DNA of 64,000 bases from Octopus sinensis (taxonomy: Eukaryota): NCBI RefSeq assembly GCF_006345805.1, contig NC_043006.1:77376001-77440000 (forward strand), given 5' to 3'. A program made the translations under genes and the position numbers. The notes under the pieces were generated by a model. That model ran no database searches, had not been told where the DNA came from, and saw only the letters and a program-made list of their open reading frames with translations. Each line of letters begins with the position of its first letter. Position 1 is the first letter of the stretch. Below are positions 52,841 through 64,000 of the stretch, in pieces.

Positions 52841-54069
52841 ATGATATATGCGCGCGCGCGTGTGTGTGTGTGATGAACGAAGACGAAAACAGTTTTTAGT
52901 CGAAGTTTTCTGTAATATGCGCAAATCGATATCCCTACGCTAAAGCAGACTCGATTAATTTGATAAACAGAACAACGTTCGTTTGATGTTGCTGACCACG
53001 ATGACTTGTATGTGGTCTTCATATTCTGTTGTATATTTATTCATGAATTATTAGTCTTATATATTGCAACCTTGCAACAATGGCGTCTTTGGTCATAGAT
53101 TTCAATGGAGTAATCACTCATTTGTTGCACTTTGTCATTCAGAGAGACAAACAGACAGACAGAGAGGGAGACAAAATGGTAGATATTAACTTGACACATA
53201 ACAAATATCTTGAAACACCGGTTTCATTATATCAAGGTAATATGCATATATGCATACATACATACATACATACATACAACATACATTCATAAACCGGTGT
53301 TCTTAGTCCACAAAGCTACATGGTAACGCAAAAATCTGCTGAATAGTGTATGGCAGCGTTTATAAAAATAAATGTGGTAGACGTCAATCCAAATATATTC
53401 GATATTCTTGGTAATATATTTTGCAAAATGTCTTAATTTTGGTCTGCTACGTATTCTCTTACCGGTATTCGATAGCCTTGTAGTTAATACACGAGGTGGA
53501 CTAAGATCTATTTTAATTTCGGGATGTTAAACTTATTGTGATATCTGAGTATCTATAGAAATTTACAGTTGACATCGGAACAAACTATATAATTAGTTTT
53601 TCGAATAAGATAATTATATGTACATTCTAATTTTAGTGCTCAACATTCTGGAAAATAAAAAAAAAAAACAGAGTACAGTATTATTCACTGCAGAATTTAG
53701 GAATAATATTTCTGGTTAGTTGGGAGTGAGTCACAATTTATACTAAGTAATAAACCATAACCCATCCTGCGTAGTGTTAACGATATGTTATAATAGCTTT
53801 TATGACACATGGCTAAGTCAGAGCAATCAGAGCATTAAACATGATTAGCTAACGGCATGTGCAACATATGAAAAAAACTGGAGGAAGTTATTCTCAAATT
53901 CATAATCTTGTCCAAATGAATGGTTTGCCTGCACATTCAAAATTCTTGTGCTTTATTAAGTATATTGGCATTTATGAATCACTTTATATTCTTATTTTAT
54001 GTAATGTTTTCATATATATATATCCACCACACTCTTTGCATCGATTAATTTTGTTCTTTTTTTTTTCAG

Positions 54070-55193
54070 GATACTGGAGTCTCAGTTTAGGATTGTGCAA
54101 TTTTTATGTGACATCTGACGTGATGATGTGTACGGCATCAATTATGCATCTCTGTACGATATCAGTTGACCGATATATCGGAATACGTTATCCATTGAAG
54201 ACGAGAAACAAATCAAAGGTTACTGTAGCGGTAAAGCTACTAATCGTATGGTCACTGTCGTTAGTTGTGAGCAGTCCAATTACAGTACTCGGCATTGTAG
54301 ATGAACATAATTTAATTATAGAAAGACGATGTCTAGTTAACAATGACTATTTTATAATATACGGTTCTATCATAGCATTCTTTATCCCGCTTGTCATTAT
54401 GGTTGTAACCAATGTACTGACGATGCAGTTACTAAATGAACAGGCACGGTTGTGCAATCAGAAAAAAGATGAAGGCCGCCCTATGATTAGAAGAGTTCAA
54501 GGAAGCAAGCGAAAAAGTAAAAATCCAATTGTAGATAAACGTTTCCAAACGCCCAAATCCAATACAACGAGTAACACGACCAAAACGGTGCCTTCTACAA
54601 GAAAGTGGGCAATGGATAGCAACGAAAACCGCAAGCTTCTAGCTAAAAATGAGAGTACAGCTGCGCCTAAAGTAGACAAAGGACCATCAGAAGTACAAAG
54701 TCAGGGAGATACAAGTGGCTTTAGTGCTAATTCATCTCCTGCGAGTCCAAGACATTCGAAATTTCGCTATCTAATTGCAAAACATAACATAACCTCTAAA
54801 GCTTTATTAAGAAGAGACAACGCGAAAGAGAATGCTGTGCAAACGGAACGGAAGGCTACTAAAGTGTTAGCTGTTGTGTTCACCATTTTTGTTGTTAGCT
54901 GGGCTCCTTTTTTCACCACTAATGTTATGACTGTACTTTGTAAATGGTGCCACGTAGACCAGTTCCTTTTTGTGGCTTTTGTATGGTTAGGTTATATATC
55001 GAGTACTCTGAATCCAATCATATATACTATTTTCAATAGAACTTTTAAAGCAACGTTTATCAAACTCATGGTTTGTGATTACAGTTCGTTTGGACGATTG
55101 AATCGCACACAAAGTCTTAAAGGTATTGAGTCAAGTACATACTACCATGGGTTTAGTTCATCAGAGAGAAATAACGAATCAACACTCTGCTGA
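54070..55193 (+). CDS. HTR2: 5-HT2-type serotonin receptor, coding exon 2: ECL1 to C-terminus
   Basis: Acceptor TTTTTTCAG|G at 54069/54070; G36831 plus GA gives Gly in frame. Motifs: TM3 DVMMCTASIMHLCTISVDRY, TM5 YGSIIAFFIPLVIMVVT, TM6 ERKATKVLAVVFTIFVVSWAPFFTTNVM, TM7 FVWLGYISSTLNPIIYTIFN. STASIMHLC-like TM3, G5.42-S5.43 and N6.55 are 5-HT2 hallmarks. Stop TGA at 55191-55193; total CDS 1542 nt = 513 aa. Confidence 0.95.
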
Positions 55194-55959
55194 CAATAAA
55201 TTGTAAAGGAACAATATCTCTCACCGAAACTCCTCAAGGAATCTTAAAGCCGAAATGTAAATTAAAAAATATATATATAATACGGCGAGAAAATAGGAGA
55301 GGATTGAAAACTGTTAAATATAATTTGAAAATCAAAATGAAATCTTCCAAGAAAAAAAAAACTCATTTGATAAAATTATCTATTTAGATTCATGCAGGTC
55401 TCACAAGTCGATTTATTTGACTCATCTTTTGAAAGTTGAATTTCGAATGAGCATGATTCCATTTTCCATTGATCAAACGTAACTTATGAAACCACGTCAA
55501 ATTACCAATAAATATTGTCTATAAGTTTTAAACAATGTACATATACGGCGTAATATTGTTGATATGAAATAAATGTAGGCGATATTTTAGTTAACAATTA
55601 TGATGCAAGAATCCAAATTATCGAAAAGAACGATAAAAACACGTACATACATAAATAAATTTATACAAATATAAATACATCTGTATACCGAAAAATATGT
55701 ACACGTGTAAACATATGAACTATAATTCGCACGTATTTACATACAAACAAACGTATTTACATAAAAACAAAGACAATTGTAAAGAAGACATCATTGTACT
55801 CACTTATGTGCGAATCATCACGTGATAGAATTGTTAGTTTACCATGTCAAAACTGCAATACAAGTCGCGCTACAATTGGAAGGAGAATACAGCACCAAAA
55901 TGAAATTTAAATTATGTAGGAATAAAACTGCGCTAAGTATACATTCACAAATGCATAAA

Positions 55960-56197
55960 TGCATAGTTGTATATGCGTGTATATACATACATACATACAC
56001 ACATACACACATACACACATACATATATATATATATATATACATACATATATACATATATATACATATATATATATACATGCAACAATCAATATAGTTAA
56101 CTATGACGCATTTTATCCAACAAAACAAACACCTGTGCACATACACGCACAACTCGCCCTCTGTACACATTTATATATATATATATATATATATATA

Positions 56198-56243
<46 letters not shown>

Positions 56244-56345
56244 TATATATATACACATACATACGTATATTCATATATGTATATACATGCATTTTATATA
56301 TACATATAATATAGATATAATTATATGTACATACATATATTTATG

Positions 56346-56419
<74 letters not shown>

Positions 56420-56828
56420 CATATATATAATATATATGTTTATATATGTAAGTATGTATGTTTATATATGTATATCGTTGGCCTTTCATTATATATTCAA
56501 TTAGTTATTCCTAGTTGAAGGTACCAAAAAGCAAAAAAAAAAATGGAAGATAAATATAATTATAAGTTTCATTCAGAAAAAAGAAATTGCTGTATTTGTA
56601 ACTTGCACCAAATGACTTTCATCTGTGTTAATTTACAAAGTGTTCATTGGTAAACTATTCTCGTTTGAAGAATTTGTCATTCCGTACCGAAACATTTGTC
56701 TGAATTTCAGCCATCATCAAGATTTTCATTTTTTTCAAATCTTTTTTTTCTTTTCTTTCTTGTTCCTGCTGTTGTATTTTTTAATCGCCAACAAGGAAAT
56801 ATCTTGTATATAAACATATATATAATAT

Positions 56829-56879
<51 letters not shown>

Positions 56880-56893
56880 GATACATACATATA

Positions 56894-56929
<36 letters not shown>

Positions 56930-57906
56930 TATATATATGTATATATATATATATTTATGTATACGTATGTATGTATATATTTATGTATATGTATGTATGT
57001 ATATATATATATGTATATGCATGTATATATATATGTATATGTATGTATGTATATATATATGTATATGTATGTATGAATGGAAGTATGTATGGATTTATGC
57101 ATATGTGTATGTGTGAAGAGGGAATAGATTTGTATTAATGAATGTTATAGGGTCCATAGTAAATTCTAAATTTGCCATCCAGATGCTATTAATACTGTTG
57201 GTTTCTCAACAACCTTAAAACATAATAAGGACTCTACGAATCTTCCATTCAGTGTGAGCTGTGAGCGAGGAGAAATTTTTATTTCCATAGGCAACGAAGT
57301 ATCATTAATCAATGGAATTTTAATCAAAATGTAATCCAATCAATGCAGAGTTCAAATTTCAGCTGATTATATACATGAACGTTGCTATGTATTTTTCTAA
57401 AAAACTTGAGAGCAAACATGATTTATAATTTAGTACACGACGCACACATGCAAATATACAATTATAGGCAATGATGTATATGTGCAACTATATGTGTATG
57501 CGTGCGTCTGCGCGTTTTCTGCCTCTCTGTGTGCATACATACACACATACATATACAAATAATTATATATACGCACACATACACACACATGTACTTATAT
57601 ATATGTGTGTGTATACATGCATACAAGTATGTACTCTAGTTTATATATCTATACACATATTAACAAATCTACACATATTCATACTTCAACACACACGCAC
57701 ACATACACACACACGCATATATATATATATATATGTATATATATAGGTTTATATATATGTATATATATAGGTAATACATATATGTATATATAGGTATATA
57801 TATATAGGTATATATATATATAGGTATATATATACATATATTTATTAATGTATATATTTATATATACAAAATATATATATATATTTAAATATATATACAT
57901 ATATAC

Positions 57907-57965
<59 letters not shown>

Positions 57966-58479
57966 TACTATATTTACACACGTTTACATGCGCACATACA
58001 TAATTGTATACATACATACGGATATATATGCTGTGACAATAATATATATCTTTGATTTTGGAACTGAAAGATAAACCGGTATTTATAAGCTGCGATGCAT
58101 CCTGAATGGTTTTTGACTGGTTGAAGTTGTTTCCTCATTCATCTTCATATATGATGTGTATATTACTAATTAATACCAAGCGTTGGTAATAAATGTTACT
58201 GTTCTGGAAAAATACATGCGAGAGGTGAGGATGTTTGGGTGGGGTGTGCATAAGTGTACGCGCGTTGGGATGTGTGTTAATGTAAATGATTGTTCATAAT
58301 ATAAAGAGATACATGTGCACATATGTTTTATATGTACATGCATACAGACATACAAACGTCTCCCACACCTATATATATGTATATATTTGTATATGTATAT
58401 ATATATATATATATATACATACATATTTACTTACATACATACATACACATATACATACATACATACATACATACATACA

Positions 58480-58511
<32 letters not shown>

Positions 58512-59144
58512 CATATATTCACATTACTGTAGCGGAAACGGATGTTCACGCAGACAGATGTCTGATGAAATTGGAAATTTAAAAGGATATTTTGAAATAA
58601 ATATATAATTTTCTGGTCTGTTACCCTCATCGTGTATGTTTATAATTATGATATGTTAATCTCCCTCACTTCAATTCAAATTATGTTGGAGTTTTCTATT
58701 TATACCTAGGAATTTTTTTCTCCTAAATTACAGATAAAAATATTTTCTATTTAGTTGGACACTGACGCACATTGTAAATATACACTACGAATATGAGTTG
58801 AGTAGTCCGGAAAATTATAAATTTATTAACAAAAATACACCCCACTCGATCTTTAGACATTTTCAAAGATGCGTTAATGTCGTGTCACTTTGTAAGTGAT
58901 GTTTGTCTTCCGTCTCAAAAATTTGCTACTGATGAAATCTTCATTGCTCCTTTTATAACAAGAGAAGAGTTTATTTTCATTATTCATGCTAACCGTCATA
59001 TATTAAATTCCAGATTGTGTCAATTGGCTTTGAGTATACCTACATACACACACACATTTATATACTTGTGTATATATGTGTGCGTGTGCTTGCGTTTGTG
59101 TATATGCGTATATGTATGTCTATGAGTTAAATGTATATATAACG

Positions 59145-59239
<95 letters not shown>

Positions 59240-59675
59240 GTGTATTATTGTATATTATATGTGTGTGTTATGTGTGTTGAGAGAGAGAGAGAGAGAGAGA
59301 GAGAAGAGAGTTTCTGAAAGTTCACATTTTGGGAGGAAGCGTAGGAATAAGAATAAAATAATTCGAGAAATGGAGAATCAATAGGGAGAGAAATGAGAAT
59401 ATTAAATGAAATAATGTTCTGGCTGATATTTCAAGATTCGCCCGGTCGACATTGTTCTATATTCCACTATCAAACATTTGCTTCTGTACATTTTTTTTTA
59501 TTTCTCCTTTTACGTATTTTCTCATAAATGCACCCACCCACACTCACACAGATACAGACACATAGACAGACAGGCACACACACACACACTCACTCACATC
59601 TCTCTCTATGCGCATATATATATATATATATATATACATACATATATGTATATATATATGCATATTATGTATTAT

Positions 59676-59733
<58 letters not shown>

Positions 59734-59960
59734 CTTATATTTAGAAGCAAAAGACGGACACAAGGACCAAGATTGTCACTGTTATTTCTGATAAATATTG
59801 ATATATATATATAAATATAAATATACATGCATATATATATATATCTATACATGTATATATATGTATATATATACATGCATATATATATACATATATATAT
59901 ACATGCATATATATATATATATAAATATATACATGCTTATATATATATATATATAAATGC

Positions 59961-59994
<34 letters not shown>

Positions 59995-60041
59995 ATATAT
60001 ACATGCATATATATACATATATATATACATCTATATGTAGA

Positions 60042-60094
<53 letters not shown>

Positions 60095-60843
60095 AAAGCT
60101 CATTATTTTGCAAAATTATTTTTTGGGAAACGGTTTGAATTGTTATTTGTTGAAATACGGGAACCCTCATACCCATAGCTGTTTAAGCAGTTCTCGAGCA
60201 CAGTCTGACGACTCTACACGTATAGTGGAAGTCATTGAGAAATAGTTCCTTCAATTCCTGAACCACAACTATGGATACTATTATTATTAAATCTTTCTCC
60301 CTGAATACATGAATACATACATACACTGACATACAGACACACTAATAAACAGTGACACGCCACGCAGATATACACATATTTACATTACACGCACACTAAT
60401 ATATATATATGATATAATTCTTTTGTAACTACAGAACTTGTAGATAAGGATATGAAAACGAGCCTGTGAATATTATAGTATAAAAGCGATTGACATAGAA
60501 AAAAGTCGAAAACTGCTCGTGGTAGAAAATCTTTCACTATTACAGAGAATATGGGTTCAGTTCCCACTTGCACACTTCCACTTTTATATGTCAAAAGATT
60601 TTTCGCCATAAGATTTTCAAGCTGTTATTTATGACTTTCTCCAATCCAAGTTTTACGGACTGAGAAGAATTATTTCACGTTCTCTCGAAGTTTTAATTTC
60701 TAATGACGTAAACATCATATATATGTCTGTGTGTGTGCATGCGTACGTGAATATGTGTGTGGGCGTCTGTGTATATGCATGCATGTGTATATTCATGCTT
60801 ACACACACCACACACATATATATATATATATGCAAATATGTAT

Positions 60844-60891
<48 letters not shown>

Positions 60892-61651
60892 GTATATGCA
60901 TATATATATATATATATGTATGTATTATGTATGTATGTATGTATGTATGTATGTATGTATGTATGTTCCTTTTTAAAAGCAAGCAATATTGCTGATGGAT
61001 GAAATCTTATGACCAAATTGATTTTTAGCATTCAGCAGATGGACATATGTGTCTCATACGACTGATACGTTCAAAAACCCTGGTTAAGTAGTGTAACGTC
61101 TTTTCTTGCCGTAATCACCAGGAAGCCATTTTTGGAAGATACTGTCATACATGGTCGGGATATTGGTAGATAACCAATTGATATTGCTGTCATCACATAT
61201 AATCTAATTAATGCCAATTTAATGTTTCATTCAATAAAATTTAGTTATGTTTTTAATTTTGTAAAATTTTTGTCATGTTTTAGAGAGTTTCAACAATATT
61301 TTTTACAAAAAAATATAAAAACTTTGAAAATAGTTAAACTAAAGAAGACTTTTGTTGTTTTTTTATGTGTGTACACATTAAAGGAACCAATCAAGTACAA
61401 TGTTATAATGATTGTTATTGTTAATCTTCATGTTCTTATTATTAAAAGTAATATTTTATTTATATTGCTTCACAACCATAATAAAACTCATATTTATATG
61501 GCTCGCAAAATGACATTCATCGTCCTTCTTTCTCATCATCATCTAGAACAACACTATTGTGATTTCTGTTGGAAACATTGGTTAATTTGATATTATTGCT
61601 GATGAAGAAACTCCTGTCATCATCGCCAGAATATACGCTTATTTATGTAAT

Positions 61652-61710
<59 letters not shown>

Positions 61711-62601
61711 GTACGTTTATAGATTCGTTTTGCTGAATTTGGGGACGGTCTTGTTGCCAGTTTAGCCACTTAAAATACGCGAAATAATAGAATACACAGA
61801 TAAATACATGGAATTAAATAATTATAAATATAAACAAAATAAATAAAATTAAATCAAATTAATACCAAAAAAAAGAAAGAAGAACGCAAAGGACTACAGA
61901 TGCGGTCACAGAAAGTGACGAAAAACTCTGGCAAAAACACAATTAATATAAAATAAAGCTGAAGCAAGTGAACACCAAATATATATAGTGCGTGTGTTTA
62001 CATTGGGTAAACTGGCAACATGATCATCCACAAATACAAATACACACACACACACACACATATATATACACACATATATATATATATAATTATATATATA
62101 TATATATATATATATCAATATATATGTATATATCTTTATATATCCAAATATATATATATATATTATGTATATATGTTTATATATCCAAATATATATATAT
62201 ATAATATAATATATATATATATATAATATATAAATATATGTATATATCTTTATATATCCAAATAGATATATATATATATATATATATAATATATCAAATA
62301 AATAATTTATATATATATATGTACATATATGCATATAGTATATATCATACTTGACGGTTAACAAGGAGCAGACGTTCATTGCCACTAAAGAAAGTCTTTT
62401 ACATTAAATGCCAGGGTTTATTTTACTGAGATGTGTAGTATACGGGCGGCCGACCAAACGGAATATACCTACTGCGCTCTTACACTGTCAATTGTAATCA
62501 TATATATACAACTACAATCAACTATTTATCATTTATATACTACATATATATATATACTTACATACATCTTATATATATATATATAATATATATTATATAT
62601 A

Positions 62602-62633
<32 letters not shown>

Positions 62634-62656
62634 TATATTACGACATACATCTCTCG

Positions 62657-62713
<57 letters not shown>

Positions 62714-63589
62714 TTTTATGTAAGTATATATATACATATTATACCCAGATATATATATATATGTGTGTTGTGTGTGTGTGTGTGTGGACATGTGCAAGTA
62801 TAATACTTCTCAACTGGTACTTAATTCGTCGCCTTGAAATGGCGACAAGCAACTTTTCATGCATAAAAACCTATATTATGAATATATATATATATATTAT
62901 ATATATATATGCTATATGCTTCCGTACATTTCTGTCTGTATATCTCAGTAGTCTTTTAGTCTTTGTTTGCCTATCCATTATAAATCACTCTCTTTCATTA
63001 TCTCTCCTTATCGTAATATATATACACACACACACACATACATGCTACATATATATTTATATATCTATATAAATTTATATACATATATATAATATATACA
63101 TATATGCATACATAGATATATAATGCATTCATACATTTATGTATTTGTGTATGCATGTGTGTATTTGTTTACACAATATATCTCTTTATAATATCTATAA
63201 GTATATATAACAGAAAAATATACGTACTAGCAAATATATCTTATACAATTTTACCTATGTATATATAATATATATATATATATATATAAAGAGTTACGTA
63301 CAATTTAAAACAGAACAATTAATTATCATACTGCGTCTATTCAGATACATACAATAAATCAAATTCTTTGAATACTTTTGATACACATTACTTCAATGAA
63401 TGAGTAAAATGAAGAAAGAATACATTGGAGGATGCATTTCAAGACGATGAAATAAGTACCATAACACATGCACTTCATTCATATATATGCGTGTGAGTAT
63501 GGGCTTCGTGTGTGCGTTGATTTATATATATATTCATGTACATATTTTATGTATGTTTATATATACATACATGCATACACATATATGTG

Positions 63590-63621
<32 letters not shown>

Positions 63622-63663
63622 CAAACAGAAATTTATACATAGACACATACATGAACATGAATG

Positions 63664-63700
<37 letters not shown>

Positions 63701-63713
63701 TTGTATATATATA

Positions 63714-63747
<34 letters not shown>

Positions 63748-63780
63748 TACATATATACTGGCATATATATGTATGTATAT
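55960..63780. repeat. Region dominated by (TA)n, (CATA)n and (TG)n tracts
   Basis: More than a dozen tracts; all ORFs here are Y/I/H/T dinucleotide artefacts. Confidence 0.9.
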
Positions 63781-64000
63781 GTGAATATAATTAGTTTTCC
63801 ATAACGTGATGACAATGACCATTTGTTTTATCGATTCAGACTCTAGTATGTTGTCTTACAGAATGAAAAGAATTTACATGAATCTAATTACTGCTAATAA
63901 ACATTATTTAATACAATCTTTATTTTGTTTTACATGAAAAATTACAAAGAACTCGAAATGTGGATTCACGGGACAATTTTAAAGTAACCGATACTGGTAA

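Larger units (their letters stand above)
36832..54069 (+). other. Phase-1 GT-AG intron of the 5-HT2 gene, 17,238 nt
   Basis: GTAAGT donor and pyrimidine-tract CAG acceptor join the two exons in frame. Confidence 0.92.

Noticed and set aside
53859-54069. ORF-track start of the 444-aa GPCR ORF as the true N-terminus
   Set aside because: TM1-2 are encoded at 36414-36831 and a canonical acceptor lies at 54069; kept only as a speculative isoform.
58600-58636. CGATGAGGGTAACAGACCAGAAAA on the minus strand
   Set aside because: Core is mutated and there is no helix III or cleavage triplet.
55800-63815. Dozens of [12 protein letters not shown] ORFs
   Set aside because: Dinucleotide-repeat artefacts.

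Overview
AT-rich animal genomic DNA, very dense in microsatellites and SINEs; the repeat landscape suggests an octopus or other coleoid cephalopod (inference). The window holds one protein-coding gene, a 5-HT2-type serotonin receptor on the + strand. Its two coding exons (36414-36831 and 54070-55193; 513 aa) are separated by a 17,238-nt phase-1 GT-AG intron, and a splice acceptor at 36391 implies a further upstream exon. The rest is repeats: three tRNA-derived SINE families (called A, B and C here), an internally deleted mariner with both TIRs, a retroposon with an (AAT)n tail, many simple repeats and a 100-N gap at 20195-20294. The most notable unannotated signal is a set of short (about 150-230 nt) Penelope-like retroelement ends, most of them next to (TA)n, that carry hammerhead-ribozyme motifs. 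Two inside the receptor intron retain the conserved catalytic residues. One is on the sense strand at 39690-39784. The other is antisense at 45237-45287, within a recent insertion that forms a perfect 45-bp hairpin. Several inverted SINE pairs could form long dsRNA in the pre-mRNA, and two such pairs flank the first coding exon. Everything was read by eye. Activity, expression and family names are unverified, and most short ORFs in the track are microsatellite artefacts.
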